Positions 40,382-50,745 of a stretch of 64,000 bases of DNA are shown piece after piece. The stretch spans positions 1,248,001 to 1,312,000 of the forward strand of contig OZ219926.1 of NCBI GenBank assembly GCA_964291405.2, in the 5' to 3' direction. Each line of letters begins with the position of its first letter. Positions within the stretch are counted from its first letter, which is position 1. Source of the DNA: Thermodesulfobacteriota bacterium. GTDB lineage: Bacteria > Desulfobacterota > Binatia > Bin18. A model generated the notes under the pieces. The model was not told where the DNA came from. It was given only the letters and a program-made list of their open reading frames with translations, and did no database searches. Made by a program: the position numbers and the translations under genes.

Positions 40382-40612
40382 ATGAAGACTGTTCAGATGA
40401 CATTGGATGAGGATTTAGTCAAAGCCGTGGATAAAACCGCTCGGAAATTACGAACCTCCCGCTCTGCATTTACCCGTGCAGCGCTACGTGCAGCCTTAAC
40501 GAGAATCAGTGAGGAAGAGCGAGAAAAAAAGCAACGGGCAGGGTATCAGCACAAGCCTGTCCGGAAGGGAGAGTTTGATATTTGGGAAAATGAACAAGTC
40601 TGGGGCGAATGA
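40382..40612 (+). CDS. CopG/ribbon-helix-helix antitoxin
   Basis: MKTVQMTLDEDLV..VD....SRSAF.R.AL; AGGAGG RBS; 4-bp overlap with the toxin gene. Confidence 0.88.
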   Translation: MKTVQMTLDEDLVKAVDKTARKLRTSRSAFTRAALRAALTRISEEEREKKQRAGYQHKPVRKGEFDIWENEQVWGE

Positions 40613-40923
40613 TGCAACATGGGGAAGTCCGTTGGTATAAATTCGCGCGGCCAGACAAGAGGAGGCCGGTTGTCATCCTGACCAGGGATTCCGCACTAGA
40701 GTTTCTCGGAGAAGTCACCGTCGCCCCAATTACCACGACGATCAGAGATATTCCTTCAGAGGTTGCCCTCTCCCAAATGGACGGAATGCCGCGAGAATGC
40801 GCTGTGAATCTCGATCATATACAGACTGTGGCAAAAGCGAAGATCGGCCCGGCTATCACAACATTAAATAGGAATCGGCTGACCGAGATTCGCGCGGCCC
40901 TGCTGTTTGCGTTGGGCTTTTAA
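40609..40923 (+). CDS. mazF: MazF/PemK family toxin
   Basis: GEV.W, DKRRPVVILTRD, TVAPIT, AVNLD.IQTV. Confidence 0.9.
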   Translation: MMQHGEVRWYKFARPDKRRPVVILTRDSALEFLGEVTVAPITTTIRDIPSEVALSQMDGMPRECAVNLDHIQTVAKAKIGPAITTLNRNRLTEIRAALLFALGF

Positions 40924-40931
40924 GCGAATGG

Positions 40932-41354
40932 CTACGGCCCACCTGTCACATAGGCCGCGAGGTTGATCGGGCCGAGCGGAGCGGCCAGAGCGGCAAGGCG
41001 GGTCATTTCCTGACGGAAGCGCGGGCCATGGTGCACATTGGTCGCTATATGGGCCATTTCGTGGAGCAGGATGCCTTCCCCTTTGGGGAAAGGAAAAGCC
41101 TCTAGCAAAATTCGGCGTCGTTTCTTGTCGCAGTAGCCGGCTATGTATTTGCTCATTGCGGCAGGTGTCCCAGGGACAATGAGCGGGTCATGGAGCGTGA
41201 CGCGGTATGGGGGCAGCGCATTGGCGAAGTACTGGCGGTTGAAATACTCGAAGTGGCGCTGGTACTGCTCCTGCCACTCGGCGAGCTGGGCGGCGGTGGC
41301 TCTATGGCGCTTGCGATCTTTCCAGGTGGAAAGAGTGGAGCGAGCGGCTCCCAT
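40932..41354 (-). CDS. SprT-like zinc metalloprotease domain protein
   Basis: FNRQYF.NALP, LLHEMAH, HHGPRF..EM; AGGAG RBS. Confidence 0.8.
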   Translation of the reverse strand: MGAARSTLSTWKDRKRHRATAAQLAEWQEQYQRHFEYFNRQYFANALPPYRVTLHDPLIVPGTPAAMSKYIAGYCDKKRRRILLEAFPFPKGEGILLHEMAHIATNVHHGPRFRQEMTRLAALAAPLGPINLAAYVTGGP

Positions 41355-41448
41355 GTATTTTCTCCTGTCGTGGTCTGAAGTTGTATAGAGGGAAGGAAAC
41401 ACTCTCCCCTATTTAGGGAAAGAGAAACAAGATGTGGGCAGGAAGAGC

Positions 41449-42448
41449 TTACGCCGCCATCATCCACTTGGCCATGCGGAGCATGTCCTGCGGGCTCTCG
41501 GGCAGTTTGCGCATGACCGAGGCCTCAAAGCCGGAGTGCATGAGACAGTTCTGACACAAGGCGTCTTCACGTTTTTCCCAATAGTCCCAATCCACCCCGT
41601 TCCAGAACTCGTCCCAGGTCTTGAAGTATTGCTTGCCGATGAGGTAGCACGGGTCCTTCCAGCCAAAGGGCGTCCGGGTGACATTGCCCCATGGCGTACA
41701 GGGATAGTCGCGCTCGCCAGCGGCGAATTCGAGGAAGAGCGGGGTGAGCGAGATCTTGTAGCGCTCGGACAGTTTCAGCACGTGTTTGAACTTTCTGGTG
41801 GATCTCGTTCCGATAGAGAAAGTGGTTGGTCTTAAGCGCCTCGTAATGATAGCCGGGCGAAATCATGATGCCGTCGACTCCAAGCTCGGTCAGCATCTCG
41901 CACATCTCTTCGATCTCTTCCATGCTGGTTTCGCGGAACACCGTGGTGTTGGTGCACATGGAGTAGCCGAGCTGTTTGCCGAGCTTGATCATTTCAACGG
42001 CCTTGTCAAAGACGCCAGGCTTGTCACACACAAAGTCGTGGGTGTCGCGCATGCCATCCAGATGAACATTAATGGACAGACGCTTATGCGGCTTCCCTTT
42101 GGCGTAAAATCGCTCCAGCAAAATCCCGTTGGTACACAGATAGATGTGGCGCTTACGGCCAATAATGCCCTCGACAAGCTCCGGCAGCTCCGGATACACG
42201 GTTGGTTCTCCACCACAAATTGACACCACCGGCGCACCGGACTGATCCACCGATTCAAAGCATTGATCGAGAGAGAGCCGATCTTTGAGGTCGCCCTGGT
42301 GCCGCTCCGGCGTACATCCCACACAGGCCAGATTACAGGTATAGAGGGGCTCAAGCATGAGCACGACGGGGTAACGAGACTGGCCGCGCAGCTTGTTCTT
42401 GAGCTGCCACTTAATCATGTCGGTCGTGATATGTAATGGAAACCGCAT
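41449..42448 (-). CDS. hpnH: adenosyl-hopene transferase (radical SAM), with an apparent one-base insertion near 41795
   Basis: YPVVLMLEPLYTCNLACVGC, GGEP, CTNG, ISPGY; C-half CTPWGNVT, PCYL, C.NC.MHSGFE in the next frame; CAGAAAG has one more A than an in-frame HQKFKHVL reading. Confidence 0.9.
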
Positions 42449-42607
42449 ACCTTTCCTCGCCCTTGGCCTGCTAGGCTTTTTGATCCCCCAGACCTGCAGG
42501 CTGACCGTTCGGTTAGGGGATATTACCGATCCATAGGCAAGCTCGCAAGGGGGAAGTTTGCGTAATGAGCGCTTTACAAGTTTTCGGGCCTTGGTCACAA
42601 TAGAGCT

Positions 42608-42928
42608 ATGGTAAAGAAGAAGATGGGTGGTCGGGGTAGTGGTGGAAGACAGGAGAACGCGACGCTCGGAGAGCTGAAAGAGGTCGCGATACGGCTGGGC
42701 ATTCAAGTCCGAGAGGAAAAATTGCTGCGTGAAGTTGGGTATCGTGTTCGTGGTGGAAGCTGTCGAGTGCACGATCAAGATGTCGTCTTCCTCGACCGAG
42801 ATCGCCCGGTGACCGAACGGGTTGACATCTTGCTCGACGAGTTATCGCAACGCGAGGTTGATACGCGGGCGCTGTCACCATCGATCCGTCACCTTTTCGC
42901 AGGAACCACAGGAGACCATCCATCATGA
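42608..42928 (+). CDS. conserved hypothetical protein coupled to fur
   Basis: LGIQVR.EKL..GG.CRV..Q..VFLD pattern; ATGA overlap with fur. Confidence 0.7.
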   Translation: MVKKKMGGRGSGGRQENATLGELKEVAIRLGIQVREEKLLREVGYRVRGGSCRVHDQDVVFLDRDRPVTERVDILLDELSQREVDTRALSPSIRHLFAGTTGDHPS

Positions 42929-43389
42929 GTGAGCGGCTTGACACCTTTCGGCTCTGGATCAAAGAGCAGGGGCTCAAGGCCACCGCTCAACGAGAGGACA
43001 TCGCTCGCGTTTTTTTCTCGACCACCCGCCACATCAGTGTGGAAGAACTCTATAGTGAAGTCCGCCAGGTCAATCCGCGGGTGGGCTACGCCACCGTCTA
43101 CCGGACCCTCAAATTACTCAAAGAGTGTGGGCTTGCTGAGGAGCGCCATTTTGCCGACGGGCAAGCCCGCTTTGAGAACGTTGAAGCCGAACGGCACCAC
43201 GATCATCTGATCTGCGAACGCTGCGGGCGCATTATCGAATTCGTCCAGCCCCGGATTGAGGAGCTCCAGGAAGAGCTTGCCCTGCGCTACGACTTTGTGG
43301 CGACCACGCACAAGATGGAAATCTACGGGATTTGCAAAGAATGCCGAGAAAGTCTTGACCCGCGTCAGGGGCGTTCCTTCAGCGGTTAG
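42925..43389 (+). CDS. fur: Fur family transcriptional regulator
   Basis: GLKATAQR, HISVEELY, GYATVYRTL, HHDHLICERCG, GICKEC. Confidence 0.93.
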   Translation: MSERLDTFRLWIKEQGLKATAQREDIARVFFSTTRHISVEELYSEVRQVNPRVGYATVYRTLKLLKECGLAEERHFADGQARFENVEAERHHDHLICERCGRIIEFVQPRIEELQEELALRYDFVATTHKMEIYGICKECRESLDPRQGRSFSG

Positions 43390-44165
43390 GCATCAAGCCG
43401 AAAGAGACGCGCGGTATTGCGCCACGTGGCCTGAGCCACCTCTTCAAGCGGTACGGCCTTCAGCCGGGCAATCGTTACCGCTACCTGAGAGACATACGCG
43501 GGTTCGTTCCGCCGACCGCGGTATGGGACCGGAGCCAGATACGGGCAATCGGTCTCAATGAGTAGCCGGTCCATTGGCACAAGGGGCACGACTGCGCGCA
43601 GGTCCTGCGCGTTCTTGAACGTCACAATCCCACTGAACGAAAGAGACAAACCCAGGGCCAGCAGGGCCTCGGCTTCTGGTATAGTGCCAGTGAAGCAGTG
43701 CATGACGCCTCGGACTCGGCCACCGCCTTCTTGGCGGAGAATGTCAGCAGCCTCAGCGTAGGCCTCACGGACATGCATGGAGAGTGGCAAGTCGAGTTCG
43801 AGCGCGAGTTGGATAAAGGCTCGAAAATGCTGCTGCTGCGCTTCGCGTGGAGAATACTCGTAGTAAAAATCCAAGCCGGTCTCACCCAACCCAACGACCT
43901 TGGGCTCCTGGGCCAAGCGGCGCAGTTGGTCATAGGTTTCCGGGGTAATCGTTTCGGCATTGTGCGGGTGCACTCCGACCGTGGCAAAAATATCGGGGTG
44001 GTCCTGGGCTAGCGCCACGGCTTTTTCGTTATGCCAAAATTCGCCCGTCGCTCCAATCGTAATAAAACGTTCGATGCCGGCCTGGCGTGCCCGGGTCAGG
44101 AGGGCGGCCCGGTCTTCGTCAAACTGCGTGTCGGTCAGATGACAGTGTGAGTCGGCCAGGCGCAT
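43386..44165 (-). CDS. tatD: TatD family nuclease
   Basis: DSHCHL, GVHPH, GETGLD, HCFTG, ETDCPYLAP. Confidence 0.95.
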   Translation of the reverse strand: MRLADSHCHLTDTQFDEDRAALLTRARQAGIERFITIGATGEFWHNEKAVALAQDHPDIFATVGVHPHNAETITPETYDQLRRLAQEPKVVGLGETGLDFYYEYSPREAQQQHFRAFIQLALELDLPLSMHVREAYAEAADILRQEGGGRVRGVMHCFTGTIPEAEALLALGLSLSFSGIVTFKNAQDLRAVVPLVPMDRLLIETDCPYLAPVPYRGRRNEPAYVSQVAVTIARLKAVPLEEVAQATWRNTARLFRLDA

Positions 44166-44183
44166 GGTCGGCGTCGCTCCCCG

Positions 44184-45938
44184 CTAACCCGCCGCCTCTT
44201 GCTCCGGCACGTTTTCATCGAGTTTGACAAATAACGGCGTGGGCTGCCGCAGGGCTTGGCCTGGGACGAGCGTGCCTGGTTCCCACTGGCCGATAGCTGT
44301 GCTGTTGTCATAGCGCAGCACGAGATGCTCACCTCTTGTGTCTTTGACGGTCTGCGTATACTGACGGCCAAAGAGCTGACCATCATAGCCGAGGAACTCG
44401 TGGAGCTGTTGGCTGGTGTGGGGCAGTATAGGTGCCCAGAGAATTTTCAACCAGTCGATGGCTTGCAGCGCCACATAGACTGACGTGGCGGCTTGTTGCG
44501 GGTCCGTCTTGATCGTACTCCAGGGTGCGGCATCGTGCAGATACTGGTTCGCCCGTTGGCTCAGGCGTCGGACTTCCTGCATGGCGGCTTTGAGCTTCAC
44601 ACCGTCGTATAAGTCCCCAACGCTGTGGAACCCAGCTTTGACTTCATCAAGCAGACCCTGCTCTTTTTCGCTCAACGGTCCAGGCTCGGGGATGACGCCC
44701 TTCCACCGCTTATAGGCAAAGCCTAACACCCGGTTCACCAGATTGCCCCAATTTGCCACCAGTTCGTTATTCACGCGTTCCACAAAATCGTCCCAGGTAA
44801 AGTCCACATCGTTTGCTTCCGGCGCAATGGCGGTGAGCGCGTACCGCCACGCGTCAGCCTGGTAGCGTTCGAGCACGTCCAGAATGCTGATAATCCGCCC
44901 CTGACTTTTGCTGAACTTCCGGCCGTACATATTCAGGTATTCGTTGGCCGGCACGTCATAGGGCAAATTCAGGTTCTGGTAGCCAATCAGCATCGCCGGC
45001 CACATCATGGCATGAAAGGGAATATTGTCCTTGCCGATAAAGTTATAGATACGAGCCTGGGGGTTGGTATTGGCATCCCACCACTGCCGCCACTGTTCGG
45101 CGTCGCTGTTGAGTTGAGCCCACTCTTTTGCCGCACTCAGATAGCCGATGACGGCGTCGTACCAGACATAGATACATTTCCCTTCCGTGTTCGGCAGCGG
45201 GATTGCCACACCCCACTCCATGTCGCGGGTGATCGGACGGCCGCGCAGCTCCGTTTGTTCGACCTGGGTACGCGCAAAATGGATGACGTTCGGACGCCAG
45301 TGCGTTTTGCCGTCTTGCAGCCAAGACCGCAGCGGTTCCTGGAGTTTCGATAAATCCAGGAAGTAGTGTTCGGTCGCACGGACTTCGAGGGTGGTGTTCC
45401 CGGTAATCCGCGAGCGCGGGTTTTTGAGCTCGACCGCTTCGTAGGTACGCCCGCACTGATCACACTGGTCCCCGCGCGCTTCGTCGTAGTCACAAAACGG
45501 GCAGTTGCCCTCAACATAGCGGTCGGGCAGAAAACGGTTTGCCTGAGCGTCATACAACTGCTGCTGGCTGTCCTGGTAGATATAGCCTCCCTCCAGATGG
45601 GTGCGAAAAATATCCTGCGTCACATCCCAGTGGTTTTGAGTCTCTGTATGGGTGAAGAGGTCGAACGTCAAACCGAGCTTGAGGTAGCTGTCAACAAACG
45701 TGGCATGAAACCGATCAACAATTTCAGCCGGGCTGACACTCTCTGCCTCAGCTCGGACGGTAATAGGGGTGCCGTGCGTGTCGGAGCCACTCACCATCAG
45801 GACATGGTTGCCGCGCATACGCTGGAAGCGGGCAAATATATCAGGTGGAAGATAGGCGCCGGCAATATGGCCGATGTGCTGTTCGCCATTTGCGTACGGC
45901 CAGGCGACGCCAACAAGTATATGCCGTGGGTGATCCAT
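44184..45938 (-). CDS. metG: methionine--tRNA ligase (short form, no C-terminal tRNA-binding domain)
   Basis: AWPYANG..HIGH, SGSDTHG, CPFC...[28 protein letters not shown]. Confidence 0.96.
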   Translation of the reverse strand: MDHPRHILVGVAWPYANGEQHIGHIAGAYLPPDIFARFQRMRGNHVLMVSGSDTHGTPITVRAEAESVSPAEIVDRFHATFVDSYLKLGLTFDLFTHTETQNHWDVTQDIFRTHLEGGYIYQDSQQQLYDAQANRFLPDRYVEGNCPFCDYDEARGDQCDQCGRTYEAVELKNPRSRITGNTTLEVRATEHYFLDLSKLQEPLRSWLQDGKTHWRPNVIHFARTQVEQTELRGRPITRDMEWGVAIPLPNTEGKCIYVWYDAVIGYLSAAKEWAQLNSDAEQWRQWWDANTNPQARIYNFIGKDNIPFHAMMWPAMLIGYQNLNLPYDVPANEYLNMYGRKFSKSQGRIISILDVLERYQADAWRYALTAIAPEANDVDFTWDDFVERVNNELVANWGNLVNRVLGFAYKRWKGVIPEPGPLSEKEQGLLDEVKAGFHSVGDLYDGVKLKAAMQEVRRLSQRANQYLHDAAPWSTIKTDPQQAATSVYVALQAIDWLKILWAPILPHTSQQLHEFLGYDGQLFGRQYTQTVKDTRGEHLVLRYDNSTAIGQWEPGTLVPGQALRQPTPLFVKLDENVPEQEAAG

Positions 45939-46016
45939 GTGTGTCTCCTCGAATCTCTCTAAAGAGCAAACGTGCCCAGCTTCATTTGGCTGTTTGGAGG
46001 GCGCGTTTACTCTTTC

Positions 46017-47051
46017 CTAGCGGGCGGGCGCCACCTCAGCAAGTTCCAGCAGCATATCTTCGACGGCGAGTCGCGGGTTGGCGTTTCGGTCCAGGGCCTG
46101 CATTGTATCGTAGACGGCGTTAAGATCGCGTAAGGCCCTGGAGATACTCACGTTCGCGGTCGCCTGGCCCAAAGCGGACAGGCAGTCCTGATAGCGCACG
46201 ACCGCGCTCTTGCCAAGTAAGAGGTAGCGCAGCCCCTCTTCATACCAGGCCAGAACGAGTTCCAGGCGAGCGCCTCTCTCCAAGGCTTGTGGCGTCTCGG
46301 CTTTCTTCTTTGCCTTGGGGGTACGGTCGGCTACCAGCCATTCAGCTAGCTGGGATAAGGTTGAAAAAGAAGCACCGTGTACGGTGGAGAGGTGCTCGAC
46401 AACCCGCTGTCGCTCCTCAATCAGGGTGGGTGGATCAAGGCTGAGGGCACGGCCAATACTCCCGCGACTGTAGCGGGCGAGGAGGCTGGCTGTGTCGGCC
46501 TCCAGACCGGCCGCCTGCCGCAGGATGCGTTCCACGTCCTGAACCGGCAGGGGAGCAAAGCGCACGTGTTGGCAGCGCGACAGTAGAGGTAGAGAGAGCG
46601 TGGCCCCGCTCACGGCAATCAACACGATAATCGCGTCGCCGGGCGGTTCTTCAAGAACCTTGAGCAGGGCACTCTGCGCCTGATCTGTCAGAATATGCGC
46701 CCCATTGAGTATACAGACTTTCTTGCCGCCACGAACAGGCCGGAGCCCTAAAAAGCGCTGCATCGTCCGAATCTGATCGATACCCATGCTCTGCTTTCCA
46801 GGGAGGGGCGCGCTGAAATAATAATCCGGATGGGAGCCCGCTTGCAGAGACACGCAGGCAGAGCAGGAGGTACACCCGCGCTGAGGGGCCTCCTGGCAGA
46901 GTAAAGCGTGGGCCAGGGCAACGGCGGTACAACGCTTACCGATGCCGTCCGGCCCGGTAAAGAGATACGCGTGGGCAACTCGATCATTGGCCAGTGCCTT
47001 GCGCAATGTCGCAAGCGCTGAGGCATGGCCGTGTATCTGATCCAGCAGCAT
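46017..47051 (-). CDS. holB: DNA polymerase III delta-prime subunit
   Basis: HAYLF.GP.GIGK, zinc Cys cluster, HPD, ALLK.LEEPP, SRC; follows tmk. Confidence 0.93.
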   Translation of the reverse strand: MLLDQIHGHASALATLRKALANDRVAHAYLFTGPDGIGKRCTAVALAHALLCQEAPQRGCTSCSACVSLQAGSHPDYYFSAPLPGKQSMGIDQIRTMQRFLGLRPVRGGKKVCILNGAHILTDQAQSALLKVLEEPPGDAIIVLIAVSGATLSLPLLSRCQHVRFAPLPVQDVERILRQAAGLEADTASLLARYSRGSIGRALSLDPPTLIEERQRVVEHLSTVHGASFSTLSQLAEWLVADRTPKAKKKAETPQALERGARLELVLAWYEEGLRYLLLGKSAVVRYQDCLSALGQATANVSISRALRDLNAVYDTMQALDRNANPRLAVEDMLLELAEVAPAR

Positions 47052-47071
47052 GGTTTTCCCTCTGTCTCTCC

Positions 47072-47722
47072 TTAGAGAAGGGCGGGCAAACGATTGCGGA
47101 CACCGGCAAGAACAGTAGTGTGTACAGCCTCGATATCCTGGGTTGCATCAATTAAGCAGACCCGCTCGGGCTCAGCGCGGGCAATGGCTAAGAACCCCTC
47201 GCGCACCCGCTCGTGAAAACTCGCTGACGCAGCCTCAAAGTGGTCAATCGCCGCCCCTCCCCGTCGTGCGTTGGCTCGCTCCATCCCAACGGTAACCGGC
47301 AAATCCAACACGAAGGTCAGTTGCGGTCTGCATGCGCTGCACACAAAGGCGTTCAGCCGCGCAACCTCAGCCAGATCAAAGCCGCGTCCATAGCCTTGAT
47401 ACGCGGTGGTCGAGTCCGCGTACCGGTCGCATAACACAATACGCCCGGCTTGCAGGCTGGGTAGGATGACCTCATGAATATGCTGCGCCCGGTCGGCAAG
47501 CATGAGAAGTAATTCAGCCGAGGGAGCGAGCGGGTCAGTCGGCTGCCCGGTGGACGGGCGTAACAAGAGCTGGCGCAGGGTCTGCCCGATTGGCGTGCCG
47601 CCCGGCTCGCGCGTCTCAACAACGTCGTGGCCGCGCGCGCGCAACGCCTCGGCCAGGAGAGAGATCTGGGTGGTCTTCCCGCCGCCTTCACTCCCCTCAA
47701 AGGTGATCAAAAATCCGCTCAT
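47072..47722 (-). CDS. tmk: thymidylate kinase
   Basis: ITFEGSEGGGKTTQ, TREPGGT, CDRY.DST.AYQG. Confidence 0.96.
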   Translation of the reverse strand: MSGFLITFEGSEGGGKTTQISLLAEALRARGHDVVETREPGGTPIGQTLRQLLLRPSTGQPTDPLAPSAELLLMLADRAQHIHEVILPSLQAGRIVLCDRYADSTTAYQGYGRGFDLAEVARLNAFVCSACRPQLTFVLDLPVTVGMERANARRGGAAIDHFEAASASFHERVREGFLAIARAEPERVCLIDATQDIEAVHTTVLAGVRNRLPALL

Positions 47723-47761
47723 GAGACGTGCTCTCTGGGCGTGTGGAACATAGCGAAAAAG

Positions 47762-49627
47762 TTAGCCGACTTCCAATCCAACCGATCGCATCAGCGCTAA
47801 GGCATTACTCTTTTGGACGACACCGGTCCGCATGCGATAATCGAACTGCAGATCGCCGTCTTCGAATTGATCCTCAAAACAGAAGACTACGTTGGTCACG
47901 CGCGGAGATAGACTATCGGCAATCCGGGCCAAGGCGAGATCGTGGGTAGTGACCAAACCAATGGCCCCCCGTTCAAGTAGACTCCGGACCACGGCGGCTG
48001 CACCAATCTGGCGGTCGTGAGAATTTGTCCCGTGAAAAATCTCGTCCAAAAGAAACAGCAAGGGTACCGGACCAGCCGCACCATCCATCAGTTGGCGGAT
48101 GCGTATCACCTCCGCGTAGAAGCGAGAGGTGCCGGCATGCAGAGAATCCTGGATACGCAGGCTTGCCCCGAGCGTCAGCGGAGAGAGGCGGAGGCATCGC
48201 GCCCGCACGGGTGCACCAGCCAAGGCCAGGACGGCGTTCACCCCGACGGTCCTGAGTAGCGTGCTCTTGCCCGACATATTGGAACCGCTGACAATCAACG
48301 CCTGAGGAGATTGATTCAGGGTAATATCGTTACGTACACAGCGCTGTTCAGGCATCAACGGATGACCGAGCCCAGTTCCTTCAAAACAGACACAACGTTG
48401 GCCATCCTTTTGCCGGGACACAATTTCCGGGAAGGGGTCGGTCGGATGTTCATACGCATAGCCGGCCAGCGCATTCAGGCCCTCGAATTGGCCGATCGCA
48501 CGCAGCCATTGGGCAATGTCTCGGCCCGATACGGCCCGCCAGCGTTCGATGGCAGCGGCAATCTGTGTCGTCCACAGCAGCAGAGCGGCCAGTGGAACAA
48601 AAATCTGATTCTTGCGAGATTCGAGCAAGGTAATCAAACGGTTGAGTCGAGCAATCTGGCGCGATGGCGGTGAGCCGCTCGTTGCAATGAATGCCTGAAG
48701 ACGGGCCAGCCACGGACACGCAAACCTCTCTTGTTCCAGACAGGTCAGAACTGCGGACAGCAGGCTGAGCTCGCGTCCGATCCGCTCGATATTCACAACG
48801 GCACGTCCGACCCGCTGCCGAACACTGGCGGCAAAAAGACCTTGCACCACACTTGCCACCACAAACGGGCCTGGCCCTATCGATGTCAGTCCCCAGGCGG
48901 CGAGGGTCGCTAACGACGCAAACGAGAGGACGCCGGCAACAATAGACACCCACCAGCCAGAGAGATGCGGCGGCGCTTGTCCCCAGTCTTGCAGGATCTG
49001 GGGCGAGACACCAGCTTCAATATCGTCGCCACGGATGGCCAACTCTTCGCGCAGGTCGAGGCGGAGACATAATTCATCAATAGCGGCCTGACGAGCGCGA
49101 ATCTCTTCGGGCGTCGCTGGTGTTGTGAGCCATGCGGCCAGGGTCTGTCGTCCGCTCGAAGTCCGCGCGGTACACAGCAAGGCGAACACCGAGCCTGGAC
49201 CAAACAGGTCGAGGTCGGCGGCATAGGGATGACCGACCCGCTGACTCTCTTGCAGGAATTCGTCCCCAGACTCCCCGCGCTCAACCCAACGCTCTTCAAG
49301 CCGGTCTAATCCCTGGGTGTAAAACGCTACACTCCGCTCTGCCCGCAGCCGCCGGTGCTTAACCCGTTCATGGTAGAGCACGAGTCCGGCAAAGCCGATC
49401 ACAAAAGGCAGTAACCAGCCCCATGACAGGGTTCCGGGCCGCAGGAAAAACCATGTAACACCACAGCCGACAAGAAAGAGCATAAGACGCGCATTGCCTA
49501 TCGTGCGGTCCCGCTGCGTACAGTAGCGAAATTGGCTTTCGCGTTGACTCAGCCGCTCAGTATACACGGCCTGCGGGTCCGCGGGACGCGGTTGGTCTTC
49601 AGTATTCCGCGACAGGTCGGCCGACAT
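47762..49627 (-). CDS. membrane-anchored MutS-domain-V ATPase (MutS-related)
   Basis: TM segments; YAADLDLFG, GHPL, SGSNMSGKSTLLR, SRFYAE, LDEIFHGTN, TTHD. Confidence 0.9.
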   Translation of the reverse strand: MSADLSRNTEDQPRPADPQAVYTERLSQRESQFRYCTQRDRTIGNARLMLFLVGCGVTWFFLRPGTLSWGWLLPFVIGFAGLVLYHERVKHRRLRAERSVAFYTQGLDRLEERWVERGESGDEFLQESQRVGHPYAADLDLFGPGSVFALLCTARTSSGRQTLAAWLTTPATPEEIRARQAAIDELCLRLDLREELAIRGDDIEAGVSPQILQDWGQAPPHLSGWWVSIVAGVLSFASLATLAAWGLTSIGPGPFVVASVVQGLFAASVRQRVGRAVVNIERIGRELSLLSAVLTCLEQERFACPWLARLQAFIATSGSPPSRQIARLNRLITLLESRKNQIFVPLAALLLWTTQIAAAIERWRAVSGRDIAQWLRAIGQFEGLNALAGYAYEHPTDPFPEIVSRQKDGQRCVCFEGTGLGHPLMPEQRCVRNDITLNQSPQALIVSGSNMSGKSTLLRTVGVNAVLALAGAPVRARCLRLSPLTLGASLRIQDSLHAGTSRFYAEVIRIRQLMDGAAGPVPLLFLLDEIFHGTNSHDRQIGAAAVVRSLLERGAIGLVTTHDLALARIADSLSPRVTNVVFCFEDQFEDGDLQFDYRMRTGVVQKSNALALMRSVGLEVG

Positions 49628-49664
49628 TATGCTGTAGTCCTTTTCACGTTAAAGGTGGAGTCGG

Positions 49665-50486
49665 TTAGCGGAGGCCGAGATACCACACGATCAGGGATTC
49701 TCCTATGAAGAGATAACACCCTGCGCCAAACGCCAGGAACGGACCGAACGGTAAAGCGAGTTTGGAGTCGGCCCGACGCCGTATCATAGTGACAATTCCG
49801 ATCACCGATCCGGCGCAGGAAGCGATCAGCAGGGTGAAAGGTATGGCGCGCCAGCCCAGAAAAGCACCTATCATGGCCAACAGTTTGATATCTCCCCCGC
49901 CCATGCCCTCGCGTCTCGTCACGGCCCAATAGCCGAACGCCACTATCAGCAGGACACCGGCGCCAAGCCCAGCGCCTATGAGTGATTCCCAGAACGTTAC
50001 ATGTGAGGAAATTAGAGAAAAGAGCAGGCCGAGGATAATCCCAGGCAGACTAATGACATCGGGAATAATTTGATGATCCACATCAATAAACGTGATGACG
50101 ACCAAAGCTGCGGCAAAGACGAAATACCCTAGGGTTACCAGGGTGACGCCAAATTGAATCACCAGCAGGATGGCAAGACAGGCGGTCAGCAGTTCGACCC
50201 AGAAGTAGCGGACAGAAAACCGGGCGCCGCACACCCGGCAACGTCCGCGTCGAACAAGATAGGAGAACAACGGAATATTGTCGTACCAGGTAAGCGGGGT
50301 TGAACAGCTACGACAGTGGGAACCTGGGGAAATCACCGACTCCTCAAGAGGGAGACGGTAAATACATACGTTCAGGAAACTCCCAATACAGGCGCCGCAG
50401 ACGCAAACGGCCAGGGAAACGAACAGCGGTGGGAGGTCAATGGGTAGCAACCACTGTAGTCTAATCGATCCGGACCCGACCGGCAA
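49665..50486 (-). CDS. pilD: prepilin peptidase (A24); true start codon uncertain
   Basis: GSFLNVCIYRLP, SHC..C, WYDNIP, GMGGGDIKL, PFGPFL. Confidence 0.93.
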   Translation of the reverse strand: MPVGSGSIRLQWLLPIDLPPLFVSLAVCVCGACIGSFLNVCIYRLPLEESVISPGSHCRSCSTPLTWYDNIPLFSYLVRRGRCRVCGARFSVRYFWVELLTACLAILLVIQFGVTLVTLGYFVFAAALVVITFIDVDHQIIPDVISLPGIILGLLFSLISSHVTFWESLIGAGLGAGVLLIVAFGYWAVTRREGMGGGDIKLLAMIGAFLGWRAIPFTLLIASCAGSVIGIVTMIRRRADSKLALPFGPFLAFGAGCYLFIGESLIVWYLGLR

Positions 50487-50745
50487 GATTGATCACAATG
50501 CGTTTCGAGAATTGTCCGTCAAGAGACGCCAGCGTGAGAGGCGTCCCACCGCCAACATGGCCACGAGGACTTCAATCAGCGAGCTGCATAGCAGTCGGTT
50601 TCTTCTATGCAGGCTTTTTGCCCTCCCTACTCCTCTATCGATCTCTACTTTTCACAAGAGGTCGTTCGGTTCATGTGAGGATTTGCGTCCTTTGTCTCGC
50701 CTCATCCGTCTGTATAGATAGACGCTGTTATACAGGAGGTTTTCT

